A stretch of 64,000 bases of DNA, taken from contig CAWHDT010000001.1 of NCBI GenBank assembly GCA_963828195.1, forward strand, positions 160,001 to 224,000, given 5' to 3'. The notes under the pieces were generated by a model that was not told where the DNA came from, did no database searches, and saw only the letters and a program-made list of their open reading frames with translations. Below are positions 19,680 to 29,412 of the stretch, in pieces. Position numbers and translations under genes: made by a program. The DNA comes from Candidatus Bathyarchaeota archaeon (GTDB taxonomy: Archaea > Thermoproteota > Bathyarchaeia > Bathyarchaeales > Bathycorpusculaceae). Position 1 is the first letter of the stretch. Each line of letters opens with the position of its first letter.

Positions 19680-20882
19680 ATGGCTACACCCAGATTTGAA
19701 AAAATCGAGTATAAACCTATTCCAGTCAGAGAGCTTTTGCTTGAAATGAAAAATCTGTCGGAGCTAATGATTGATTTAGCGTATTCCGCGGCGTTGTACA
19801 ATGATAAAGATCTTGCTGAAGACGTACTTCAGCTTGAAAGCCGAGTAGATACGTTGGCGTACCTTTTAGAAATGGAAATAATGGTTGCTTCAAGAGACCC
19901 AAAAGACGCAGAAGCAATGGTTGGCATCTCCAGAGTTGCTTCCGCCACAAATAAAATTTCGGATGCAGCCGCCGATATTGCAGCCATAGTTACGCGGAAT
20001 ATTGGCATTCACCCTATCGTTGGTGAAATCTTTGAGAAAGTGGAAGAGCGGTTAATGAAAGTTACTGTTAAAGCTGATTCGGCGATTGTTAAGAAAAGTA
20101 TAGAAGAACTCCATTTGGCTGCAACTATGGGTGTTGACATTATCGCTATCCGACGAAATAGTGATTGGATACTTAATCCCAAGAAAACGGAGAGAGTGTT
20201 CCAAGGCGATATTCTGATTACTCGTGGAGCCCAATTAGGCATTGAAGAGTTTAAAGATTTAGCCGAGGGGAAACTCGCAAAATTAAACGTTGAAGAACGC
20301 GCCAAGTTCGAGGAAATCGTAACAAGATTTGTGGAGCTTAAAGACACCTCGGAGTTAATGTTGGATTTAGCGTATTCTTCCCTTATACTGAACAGTAAGG
20401 AACTATCTGAAGAAGTCGAACGGCTCGAAGAGCGCATGGATCAATTGCACACTGATTTTGAATTGCTTGCTTTAACCAGTGACTTCAAAAAAGAGGAAGC
20501 TTCAGGTTTTCTGGGTTTAATTCGGCTTGGTGTGGCAACAGAAAAAATCGCGGATGCCGCAGCTGATATCGCCGAAGTCGTTTTAAGAGGTATCGAACCG
20601 CACCCTATTTTGAAGCTGACAATTACGGAGGCTGAGGAAACAGTTGCCCAGGCATGTGTGACCGCGGATTCTCCACTTGTAAACAAGACACTAAAAGAAG
20701 CGCGTGTGCATGAGGATACAGGCATGTGGGTTTTAGTGATTAAAAGAGGAGAGAAATGTCTGCGTCCTAGGGCAGACTCAAAAATCGAAGTTAGCGACGT
20801 ATTAGTTGCTTCTGGATACGCTGAAGGTGCTGATAGCTTAAGGAAGCTGGCTTCCCCAGCCCAAAAATGCTCTATTGAATAG
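19680..20882 (+). CDS. PhoU + TrkA-C (RCK_C) duplicated-domain protein
   Basis: Two MK[ND].SELM.DLAYS PhoU units, each followed by TrkA-C (GVDIIAIRR; GMWVLVIKR). Confidence 0.88.
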   Translation: MATPRFEKIEYKPIPVRELLLEMKNLSELMIDLAYSAALYNDKDLAEDVLQLESRVDTLAYLLEMEIMVASRDPKDAEAMVGISRVASATNKISDAAADIAAIVTRNIGIHPIVGEIFEKVEERLMKVTVKADSAIVKKSIEELHLAATMGVDIIAIRRNSDWILNPKKTERVFQGDILITRGAQLGIEEFKDLAEGKLAKLNVEERAKFEEIVTRFVELKDTSELMLDLAYSSLILNSKELSEEVERLEERMDQLHTDFELLALTSDFKKEEASGFLGLIRLGVATEKIADAAADIAEVVLRGIEPHPILKLTITEAEETVAQACVTADSPLVNKTLKEARVHEDTGMWVLVIKRGEKCLRPRADSKIEVSDVLVASGYAEGADSLRKLASPAQKCSIE

Positions 20883-20957
20883 TTAGCCTCGTTATTTCAG
20901 ATTCATTAACACTATAAGCCAGTAAGCACTATTCAGAATGAAGATTAGACGTCATGA

Positions 20958-21317
20958 CTAAATGGAAAACGAGGGAAAACAACGTTTAGCTGCCAAAATC
21001 CTGCATGTAAGAAAGAGTTCAATACGCCACTTAAAACATTAAATATACAGCAGGATCCAGAGGAGACATACCCCGCGTGCCCATTCTGTTTAACAAAAAT
21101 AACTGAAACACAAATTGACGATAGTGATAAACCAGAAAAAACGGAAATTGAACCAGTTCTCTCCAAGGAGAAGCCAATTAAAACCAAAGAAAAACCACTC
21201 TCATGCCAATATCACCTGGGTTATTTGAGTGAACGAGAAAAAAATCAGCAAATCTCTGACGAATGCATAATGTGCAAAGATATCGTCGAATGCATGCTTA
21301 GGAAAATGAGAAGCTAA
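20958..21317 (+). CDS. Cys-rich zinc-binding protein absent from the ORF track
   Basis: Open frame with CQNPAC, CPFC, CQYHLGYL, ECIMCKDIVEC; no in-frame ATG/GTG/TTG near the start, ACG at 20982 follows GAGGG. Confidence 0.8.
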   Translation, partial: LNGKRGKTTFSCQNPACKKEFNTPLKTLNIQQDPEETYPACPFCLTKITETQIDDSDKPEKTEIEPVLSKEKPIKTKEKPLSCQYHLGYLSEREKNQQISDECIMCKDIVECMLRKMRS

Positions 21318-21399
21318 TTAAAAGTAAAGTTTCATTTTTCGATGGCGAAACGTTAAAATTAAAAAAATTAAAGAATAAAGATAGGAAAAATTTTTCAGT

Positions 21400-21738
21400 T
21401 TATTTCTTTTTCTTAGTTGTTGTGTCGGTGGTTGATGCGTCGTCAGTTTTGGCTTCGTCTGCTTTTGGTTCTTCTTTTTTCTCTTCAATTTCAGTTGTTA
21501 TTTCTTCGATTGGCTTTGGGGGCGGTGTTGTTGCCATTGTCCAACCTATCCATGCACCGATTGCAAGAATAGCTATAAATGCTATTGTAACCAGAACCAC
21601 TACTGCATACAGCCTGACGTCATTTCCAGAATGAGAAGTAATTAAGCCAGGATCAATCACTAAAACGAGGAAAGCTACAGCGACTATAACGCACACTGCA
21701 AGTATTGCTCCACCTATACCTTGATCTTTGCTAACCAT
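21400..21738 (-). CDS. Small two-TM membrane protein with charged tail
   Basis: SD GGTGA; two hydrophobic helices; WIGWTMATTPPPKPIEE. Confidence 0.85.
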   Translation of the reverse strand: MVSKDQGIGGAILAVCVIVAVAFLVLVIDPGLITSHSGNDVRLYAVVVLVTIAFIAILAIGAWIGWTMATTPPPKPIEEITTEIEEKKEEPKADEAKTDDASTTDTTTKKKK

Positions 21739-21812
21739 TTAAGTCACCACTTTATAGCCATGTATTATGTCAAGCAATTTAAAGTTTGTCATGGTTTTAA
21801 GCATGCCCTTGT

Positions 21813-23066
21813 TTACGTAGTTCCCATTTCCCAGGTCGAAAGGTACTTTTTCTGTTCAGCCGTAAGCTCATCGATGTTTATGCCCATCGTTTTCAGTTTT
21901 AGCTCTGCAACTTTTTCGTCAATTTCTTTGGGAACAGTGAACACTTTTGGCGTTAACTTTGCTGTTTTCGCTATGTATTCTGAGCACAAAGCCTGATTAG
22001 CGAATGACATATCCATAACTTCGGATGGGTGCCCTTCTGCCGCTGCCAAGTTTACTAGTCTGCCTTCGGCTAAGAGGTATAGTTTTCTGCCGTCCTTGAG
22101 GGTATACTCTTCCAGGTTGGGGCGCATTGTTCTATGAGCGGTTGACAGCGATTCCAAATCTTTTATGTTTACTTCCACGTTGAAGTGACCGCTGTTAGCC
22201 ATTATGGCTCCATCCTTCATTTTTTGCATATGCTCTTTACGTACAACACTGATGTCTCCCGTGGCAGTTACAAATATGTCGCCAATAGCGGCTGCTTCAG
22301 CCATTGGCATGACCCGCAACCCATTCATGACTGCTTCTAGCGCCCGAGTAGGTTGGACTTCTGTTACTATGACGTTGGCGCCGAACCCTTGAGCGCGCAT
22401 GGCTATACCTCTTGAGCACCAACCGTAACCTCCAACTACAAAGTTTTTGCCCGCTATCAACGTGTTTGTGGCCCTCAAGATGCCATCCATGGTGCTTTGC
22501 CCTGTTCCATATCTATTGTCGAAGAGGTATTTTGTGTAGGCATCATTTACGGCGACGATTGGGTACTTGAGGCTGCCGTCTTTTTCCATCGCTCTTAAAC
22601 GAATAACGCCCGTCGTTGTTTCTTCCGTTCCACCCTTAACGTTTTTTAATTCAGCCGGGCGTTTGCTGTGAAGGGTGCCGACTAAATCTGCTCCGTCATC
22701 AAGAGTTATGGATGGCTTGTAATCTAACGCGTTGTTTAGGCACTTGTAGTATTCTTCGGTGTTTTGTCCTCTCCAAGCGAAAACATGAACTCCATCAACA
22801 GCTAACGCGGCAGCAACATCATCCTGAGTGGAAAGAGGGTTAGAACCGCATAGCGCCACCTTGGCGCCTCCGGCAATTAACGCATGAACTAGAACTGCCG
22901 TTTCTTTTGTTACGTGAAGGCAGGCGCCTAAAGTTAAACCTTTTAAGGGTTTTTCTTTTTCGAACCTATTTTTAATCAGGTTTAACACGGGCATATGGCG
23001 TGATGCCCATTCGATCTGTAAGTGACCTTGGGGCGCTAAACTTTTATCTTTAACTTGGAAGTCCAT
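21813..23066 (-). CDS. ahcY: Adenosylhomocysteinase
   Basis: [44 protein letters not shown] motifs. Confidence 0.98.
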   Translation of the reverse strand: MDFQVKDKSLAPQGHLQIEWASRHMPVLNLIKNRFEKEKPLKGLTLGACLHVTKETAVLVHALIAGGAKVALCGSNPLSTQDDVAAALAVDGVHVFAWRGQNTEEYYKCLNNALDYKPSITLDDGADLVGTLHSKRPAELKNVKGGTEETTTGVIRLRAMEKDGSLKYPIVAVNDAYTKYLFDNRYGTGQSTMDGILRATNTLIAGKNFVVGGYGWCSRGIAMRAQGFGANVIVTEVQPTRALEAVMNGLRVMPMAEAAAIGDIFVTATGDISVVRKEHMQKMKDGAIMANSGHFNVEVNIKDLESLSTAHRTMRPNLEEYTLKDGRKLYLLAEGRLVNLAAAEGHPSEVMDMSFANQALCSEYIAKTAKLTPKVFTVPKEIDEKVAELKLKTMGINIDELTAEQKKYLSTWEMGTT

Positions 23067-23224
23067 GAATATTCCTTCTTTTCAGAAAGAATGTGTCTTC
23101 TCCCTATTTAGAATTTACTTCGAAGTAAAAACCAGTTGAAAATAATTTAGCCCATACCGCGATTTATGAGCTGGAAAAAGTTTAATTATACCCGTCAAAA
23201 GCTAACAGTAAGAGGGTTGTATAA

Positions 23225-23830
23225 TTGAAGGAATCTTTTGCCAAATTTATTAACAAAAATTTGGGTCAAAAAACATTGCTAATTACAACTGGATTGCCTG
23301 GAACTTGGAAAACAGAAACTTCAGAGGAAATCTCCAAAATCAAAGGCTACCCAATTCTTCGAAGCGACATAATCCGCTTAGAAGTTCTCAAAAACGAGGA
23401 TGTTTTTGATGCAAAAGTAGCGGGAAACATGACTAAACGCCTATCTGTTTATGACGAAGTTTTTCGGAGAGCAGACGATTTAGCTAAAAAGGAAGAAGCT
23501 GGCATAATTTTGGATGCAACATTTGTCACTCAAGATTTGAGGCGGCGTGCAGCTGAAATTGCAGCCAAGCACGACTGGACTTTTGTAATTTTACAGACAA
23601 GCTGCCCTGAAGAAGTGTCAGTTGCTAGAATTGAAAGGCGGACTAGAGATAAGTACGAATCAAATGCTTTGACGGTGGATGCGTATCTCGCCAACAAGAA
23701 AAAGTTTGAACCTGTAAACATTGAGGATATAAAGAAAATGTATCCTGCGTTAAAGATAATTCATCTAACTGTTGACACCTGCCATGATAACGCTGAGGAT
23801 TGGTACGTCATAGGGATGGAGAAAAAGTAA
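23225..23830 (+). CDS. P-loop kinase-like protein (AAA_33/COG0645 type)
   Basis: GLPGTWKT variant Walker A, RSDIIR, IILDATF. Confidence 0.82.
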   Translation: MKESFAKFINKNLGQKTLLITTGLPGTWKTETSEEISKIKGYPILRSDIIRLEVLKNEDVFDAKVAGNMTKRLSVYDEVFRRADDLAKKEEAGIILDATFVTQDLRRRAAEIAAKHDWTFVILQTSCPEEVSVARIERRTRDKYESNALTVDAYLANKKKFEPVNIEDIKKMYPALKIIHLTVDTCHDNAEDWYVIGMEKK

Positions 23831-23847
23831 AGGGACAAAGCTCGACA

Positions 23848-24714
23848 ATGATAATTGACCTGCATATTCACTCGAACGCCTCCGACGGCAAACTAACTAT
23901 TCAAGAAATTTTTAAGGAAGCGAAAAACCGAAACATCGGTCTTATGGCGATTACAGATCATGACTCGATCAGCTGCCAAACTCAAGCCATCGCCACCGCA
24001 AAAAAAGAAGACATCAGATACATTACAGGCGTTGAACTTAACGTAACCTTCAGTCACCCAAATTATCATGAAGGCAAAGCAGTTTCACTAGATTTTCTTG
24101 GCTACCAATTTAACGCCAACGATAAAGCATTTGAAAGCAAGCTTGAAATAATGGCAAAATACAGGGAAGAAAGAGCCTCCAAAATCCTAAACAACCTTAA
24201 CATTGAATTTAAAAAAGAAGGTATTCCTGAGTTAACAAAGGACGATTTAAGACGGATCGAAGAATCTGTTGACGGAGTGCTTGGCCGACCTCACATTGCA
24301 GATTATTTGGTGAAAAAGGGTATCGTTAAAACACGGCAAGAAGCCTTCGACAAATACCTTGTAAAATGTGACGTGCCTAAGTACCCGCTTTACCTTGAAG
24401 AAGCATCAAAGCTAGTGCGGGGCGCGGGCGGAAAACTTGTTTTGGCTCACCCTAATGACCCTCATGGAACGTCGCTTGCTGCATTAACTAAATCCTTAGT
24501 TGAGCAAACAGAGATTATCCGAGAAAAAATGTTGCCCTGCATTGACGGCGTTGAATGCTGGCACTCAAGAAACACTCCCGAAACAACAAAATACTACGTG
24601 GCATTCGCAAGGAAGCAGGGGTTAATTATGACGGGCGGAAGCGATTGCCACCAAAAACCAATCATTATTGGCTCAGTTCAGGTACCCGATTGGGTAGCTA
24701 ACCAATTTACATAA
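23848..24714 (+). CDS. PHP-domain phosphoesterase
   Basis: DLHIHSNASDG, AITDHD, GRPHIA, LAHP, TGGSDCH. Confidence 0.93.
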   Translation: MIIDLHIHSNASDGKLTIQEIFKEAKNRNIGLMAITDHDSISCQTQAIATAKKEDIRYITGVELNVTFSHPNYHEGKAVSLDFLGYQFNANDKAFESKLEIMAKYREERASKILNNLNIEFKKEGIPELTKDDLRRIEESVDGVLGRPHIADYLVKKGIVKTRQEAFDKYLVKCDVPKYPLYLEEASKLVRGAGGKLVLAHPNDPHGTSLAALTKSLVEQTEIIREKMLPCIDGVECWHSRNTPETTKYYVAFARKQGLIMTGGSDCHQKPIIIGSVQVPDWVANQFT

Positions 24715-24718
24715 AGGC

Positions 24719-25729
24719 TTACATTTTTTCGGCGTAGTCGGCAGCCAGTTTGAAGTAAGCTTGTGCTTCTTTGGTTGCCACTGTTTTTTCTGCGCCGCCA
24801 ACATTGGGGTCGTCTAGTTTGAAGCTGATTACTTTGCCACGGACATATGCTCGATAGCACTTATAGAAGGCAAGCACTTGCGTTAATTGCTGGTCTTTGG
24901 AATAAGCTATGTACCTTTCTATTAGGCAGTCTGATAGGTCCGATCTCTTTTGAAAGCCCAGGTCCATAGCTAAAAACGCGATGTCTGAAGCCACATCAGA
25001 GTATCTGAAGCGGTCGTTGAATTCTATAGCGTCAAAAATGCAGATTTTATCAGTTATAAAGATGTTTCCTGAATGCAAGTCACCATGGCAGTCTCTAATT
25101 TTGCCATTGTTTATCCTGCTTTCAAAAAGCACCTTACTGTTTTCCATGAAGTTGTTGACTTTATTTTGAATAAATTCGTAGTCAGCGTCTGGTACTGTTT
25201 GGTTGAGGTATTTTTGGGTTTGAGCAAAGTTTTCGTCCCAGTTAAGCTTTATGATTTTGAGGGAACCATACTGGTTTATTTCACTGCCCGTTTGCGCGTT
25301 GGAATGGAATTGAGCGATTATTTTTGATAATTCATCAATTGTCTCATTGTCTACTTTGTTTTCTTTAAGAAGCACGGTCATGATTTTTTCTTGAGGAAGA
25401 CGCTTCATCTTTAACGCGTACTCAACTGCTTCTCCAGCCCCGTCTATTTTGATAATGTTTGATTTGTTAATTGATATGACTTCAAGGTAAATATCTGGGC
25501 AAAGTCGTCGATTGAGCTCTAACTCTTTTTCGCAGAAGAACCGCCGTTTTTCAAGAGTAGAAAAATCTAGAAAGCCGAAGTTCACGGGTTTTTTTACTTT
25601 GTAAACGAAATTGTTAGTTAAGAAGACAAAGGATATGTGGGTTTGAATTAACTCGATTTTGCCTGGATTTTCCGGGTAGGCTTCTGGAGTCAGAAGGGCT
25701 TCAACCACTTGTTTTTGGGCTTGCATCAT
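24719..25729 (-). CDS. Aminoglycoside phosphotransferase-like kinase (COG2187)
   Basis: QTHISFVFL, YKVKKPVNFGFLDFST, RDCHGDLH, FDAIEFNDRFR, YRAYVRGKV. Confidence 0.92.
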   Translation of the reverse strand: MMQAQKQVVEALLTPEAYPENPGKIELIQTHISFVFLTNNFVYKVKKPVNFGFLDFSTLEKRRFFCEKELELNRRLCPDIYLEVISINKSNIIKIDGAGEAVEYALKMKRLPQEKIMTVLLKENKVDNETIDELSKIIAQFHSNAQTGSEINQYGSLKIIKLNWDENFAQTQKYLNQTVPDADYEFIQNKVNNFMENSKVLFESRINNGKIRDCHGDLHSGNIFITDKICIFDAIEFNDRFRYSDVASDIAFLAMDLGFQKRSDLSDCLIERYIAYSKDQQLTQVLAFYKCYRAYVRGKVISFKLDDPNVGGAEKTVATKEAQAYFKLAADYAEKM

Positions 25730-25831
25730 TTGTTCTTCCTTAAACCTATAAGCTTCTAAGCGGCACCCAATAAATGTGGGTATATCTATTTTAAGCGGTC
25801 GCTTAATTGAGATATTAACAGGGGATAGAAA

Positions 25832-25927
25832 GTGGAGAAGGGCAAACTAAAGAGCCTCAAGAAGACGCTTTTACAGAGCGGTTATTCCAAGGGAACTGCA
25901 GAGAAAATAGTTAAGTGGTATTCTTAG
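25832..25927 (+). CDS. Putative 31-aa small protein
   Basis: AGGGGA SD before GTG; MEKGKLKSLKKTLLQSGYSKGTAEKIVKWYS, amphipathic two-helix pattern. Confidence 0.55.
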   Translation: MEKGKLKSLKKTLLQSGYSKGTAEKIVKWYS

Positions 25928-26546
25928 CCTCTTGAAAGCTTTTCACGTAACCCAAAACGTCAGTTGCTTGCTTTTTTGAAATGTATCCATTCTGAGACAG
26001 CGAATTAACGATATCCGAGATTTTTGCTAAAGCATGAACTTTGAAGCCAAGCTTCTCCAAGTTCTCTTTGCCGCCCTGCTCCCGGTTTACAACAACCAAC
26101 AGGTGCTTAACTTTTCCGCCTAGCTCTTGCAGTGGCTTGATGCCTTCTATCTTGGACAGCCCCTCGCTTATGACATCATCAAAAAACAAGATGCTGTCGC
26201 CATCCACCACGTCGGCCCCTGCAATTCTACCTGTAACGCCGTAGGCTTTTTCCTCTTTCCGCACAATTATGCAGGGCAAGTTGACTTTGCAGGCGATGCT
26301 GGGAACTATCAGCGCGCCTTTGAGTTCAATAGAAGCCAATTTGTCTATTCTGACAGAAGTCGTTATCTGGTTAATCTGTTCTGCGGCCAAATCGGCTATA
26401 ATGCATAACTGTTTGGGTGAAGAAAGCAAGCGGGCAAGGTCGATGTAATATGGGCTGGTTGCTCCAGACTTTATTTTGAAGCTTCCAAACTTTAAGCATC
26501 CAGAAGTGTATAGAGCGTTAGCGACTTTATCGGTAATACTTGACAT
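25911..26546 (-). CDS. pyrE: Orotate phosphoribosyltransferase
   Basis: FGSFKIKSGATSPYYID, RKEEKAYG, PRPP site FFDDVISEG. Confidence 0.92.
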   Translation of the reverse strand: MSSITDKVANALYTSGCLKFGSFKIKSGATSPYYIDLARLLSSPKQLCIIADLAAEQINQITTSVRIDKLASIELKGALIVPSIACKVNLPCIIVRKEEKAYGVTGRIAGADVVDGDSILFFDDVISEGLSKIEGIKPLQELGGKVKHLLVVVNREQGGKENLEKLGFKVHALAKISDIVNSLSQNGYISKKQATDVLGYVKSFQEAKNTT

Positions 26547-26616
26547 ATGAGTTATCCCTAATGTGGATGTTAACTATAAAATTTAACCCTTTACCAACCC
26601 AAAAAAGGTGAAAGAA

Positions 26617-27591
26617 TTAAACGACCAGATCTGCTAGGTCCACGCTGTGCTCATAAATCTGCCTGAGTAAGGAAACGGTTGCTAAAATTTGAGGCATCAA
26701 ATCTACAGAAGCCTCCTTTGCTACTGTTTCAATAATTGTGGAGGTTTCATCGATTTTTCCTCGGAGATTACGCACGTTTTCAGCCAAAGCTATGTCCTTA
26801 TTTACGAAGGATTTCAACGCTTGCTCATGAGCTTCGTAACAAATCGTTTGTAAATCAATCAGCAACTTCTGTTGGTCTCCGGGCAGCTTCAATCCATTGA
26901 GCGCTATGGTTTTTGCAGCAACCTGGACGCATGCGTCGCCTATACCTTCAATTAAACTTGCTGCCAAACGATAATCCAAACATTCTATTGAAGTAATTCG
27001 AAGCTTTTCACTTAAACGAGGGTTTTGAATTATTGTCCTCAAAATCCTAACCAACAAAAAATACAGCTTATTACTCTCAGCATCTCTCTCGATTACGTTC
27101 TTAGCCAACTCTACGTCGCCGTAAATAAAGGAGTTAGCGGCATCACGAATCATCCCAGCTACAATGGCATAATTGCGCTGTAAAATCTTCTCAGGAATAA
27201 ATCCAGAGGGCTGCTGCATTAGAGTTTGTAAGGAAATTTTTGAAATCGTTTCTTCAACTATCTCTAAACCAGCCAGAGAACTCGCAGTCAACTTCACTAC
27301 TTTTCTAATAGAAGAGTCAATGCGGTCTTTTGCCAGAATATCAATACAATCATACCCCAGGAGATAACGACCGATAATCTCTCGTCCAAGATAAGGACCG
27401 ACGTTTAAAGAAGTAACCTTAGGTGTCGGCTCTACGGCGGCTTGTGTATCAACAAGGAGTTTGCCGTCGCTAGTAACGTCCAGACTGACTGAAGCGCCCT
27501 TTTTTAAACCATTTTTTATAGCCCAGTCTTTGGGTAAACAAACAAAAAAGGTTCCAGTTGGTGTTTGTTGAATCTTACGCGATTCACCCAT
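26617..27591 (-). CDS. phoU: Phosphate uptake regulator (AbrB-like N-terminus + PhoU domains)
   Basis: RKIQQTPTGTFFVCLPKDWA; YLLGYD; GLEIVEE; IEGIGD. Confidence 0.88.
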   Translation of the reverse strand: MGESRKIQQTPTGTFFVCLPKDWAIKNGLKKGASVSLDVTSDGKLLVDTQAAVEPTPKVTSLNVGPYLGREIIGRYLLGYDCIDILAKDRIDSSIRKVVKLTASSLAGLEIVEETISKISLQTLMQQPSGFIPEKILQRNYAIVAGMIRDAANSFIYGDVELAKNVIERDAESNKLYFLLVRILRTIIQNPRLSEKLRITSIECLDYRLAASLIEGIGDACVQVAAKTIALNGLKLPGDQQKLLIDLQTICYEAHEQALKSFVNKDIALAENVRNLRGKIDETSTIIETVAKEASVDLMPQILATVSLLRQIYEHSVDLADLVV

Positions 27592-27836
27592 AATCGACAC
27601 TCTCAAGAGATATAATTAATCTAAACTACACAGCAATTATATAAACTAAGTTCATTTTGTCCAATGAACACTTAATGCCAGAGCTGAAAAACGATATGCA
27701 AAACTTGTCTAATCAGTCACTGAAAATCTTACCCAAACCTTTCCTGCAAAAAGAAAAACAGTAAATAACTCAAGAGCGTAAGAGCCTAACCATAAAAACA
27801 TTCTATAAAATGTACAGGGAAGCAAGAACTCGGTCA

Positions 27837-29396
27837 ATGAGCGAAAAAGGAAAATTACAACAAGCACTTGAAGCAACAATGGCAGCTGGATATCAATTAA
27901 ACAGTGACGCTTTTGAATTTTTAAGGCAAAACTCAGAAACCACCGACCCAGTCGGCATCATGGATTTAGCGCTTCAAATAATAGAAGAATTGCCGGAGAA
28001 ACCGATGTTCATAGGCAGAGTTTTCTTAGAGGCAATATTGGAACAGCTTAAATCGCCAACTCCAAAGGTTAACCCCCCGCTACCGCCAGTAGTCTTGGAG
28101 CAACCAATAACGCAGCAAGCAAATTCAGTCGAAACCATTTTTTATCCCTACGCAAAGGACATGAAATCCGACTTCAGTATTCTTGAAGACGCAACTGGAA
28201 AACTCAGTTCTAACGGCACTCTTGAAGAATACCTGGAATATTTTCAGGACAGGTTTAAACGGATTGAACGTCTGTTTAGGCAAAGAATCGACGTTAAAGC
28301 TGCAACACCAATACTTGAAGCACTCAAATCACCTGCTAAAACAAAACTCAAAATAATCTGTATGGTAACCGAAAAAAGAGAATCGAAAAACCAAATGATA
28401 CTCTCGGTTGAAGATTTGTTGGGGAGCGCAACCGTTTTAGTGCCTCAAAAAGCGCCTGAAGAAGTCCGCAAAAAAGCGCTGCTTCTTTTGCCTGACCAAG
28501 TGGTGTGTTTAGCTGTGATAAAGACAAGAACTAATCTTTTTTTGGCTGAGGACATTATTTTTCCAGAAATAGGTAGAAAAACTCAGCAACGAGCTCAAGA
28601 ACAGGTTTACGCCGTTTTAACATCGGATCTGCACATCGGAAGCACTAAATTCCAAAAAGAAGCATTCAAACGGTTCATTCTCTGGCTGAAAGGCAAATAC
28701 GGGGACGAACAAATGAGGGAAATAGCAGGCAAAGTAAAGTATCTCCTGATCGCAGGTGACATTGTTGACGGTGTTGGAGTGTACCCCAACCAAGCCAAAG
28801 AACTCTCCATACGAGACGTTCATAAACAATACAATTTTGCGGCGAAATATCTGGAAAAAATCCCTGAGTACATCGAAATATTCATTTCTCCAGGTAATCA
28901 CGACGCATCACGCAAAGCCCTGCCTCAACCTGCTATACCGGAGGGTTACTTGACGGGGATGCAGGGTAAAAAGAACATTCACTCTGTTGGTAGCCCCTGC
29001 CTGTTAAGTCTTCACGGTGTTGAAGTTTTAATGTATCATGGACGCAGTTTAGATGATATTATCTCGGTTTTGCCCGGCATGGATCATGATCACCCGGAAA
29101 AAGCAATGCGGCTGCTTATGCAAAGCCGACATTTAGCTCCGGTCTACGGTGGAAAAACCATGTTGTCTCCAGAAAACCGTGATTATTTGGTTATCGAGAG
29201 GGTTCCAGACATCTTTCACGCGGGGCACATCCACGTCTTGGGTTACTGCAATTATCGCGGAGTGTTAGTGGTTAATTCAGGCGGGTGGCAGGAACAGACT
29301 GATTACATGGAGAAATTAGGGTTGGTTCCAACGCCTGGCAAAGTTCCAGTTGTAAATTTACAAACGTTGGAAACAACTATTCTCTCTTTTAACTAA
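27837..29396 (+). CDS. polB: DNA polymerase D small (proofreading) subunit DP1
   Basis: SDLHIGS, AGDIVDG, PGNHD, YHGRS, HLAP, HAGHIH calcineurin-like motifs. Confidence 0.96.
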   Translation: MSEKGKLQQALEATMAAGYQLNSDAFEFLRQNSETTDPVGIMDLALQIIEELPEKPMFIGRVFLEAILEQLKSPTPKVNPPLPPVVLEQPITQQANSVETIFYPYAKDMKSDFSILEDATGKLSSNGTLEEYLEYFQDRFKRIERLFRQRIDVKAATPILEALKSPAKTKLKIICMVTEKRESKNQMILSVEDLLGSATVLVPQKAPEEVRKKALLLLPDQVVCLAVIKTRTNLFLAEDIIFPEIGRKTQQRAQEQVYAVLTSDLHIGSTKFQKEAFKRFILWLKGKYGDEQMREIAGKVKYLLIAGDIVDGVGVYPNQAKELSIRDVHKQYNFAAKYLEKIPEYIEIFISPGNHDASRKALPQPAIPEGYLTGMQGKKNIHSVGSPCLLSLHGVEVLMYHGRSLDDIISVLPGMDHDHPEKAMRLLMQSRHLAPVYGGKTMLSPENRDYLVIERVPDIFHAGHIHVLGYCNYRGVLVVNSGGWQEQTDYMEKLGLVPTPGKVPVVNLQTLETTILSFN

Positions 29397-29412
29397 TCGG
29401 GCAGGCGGCTAG

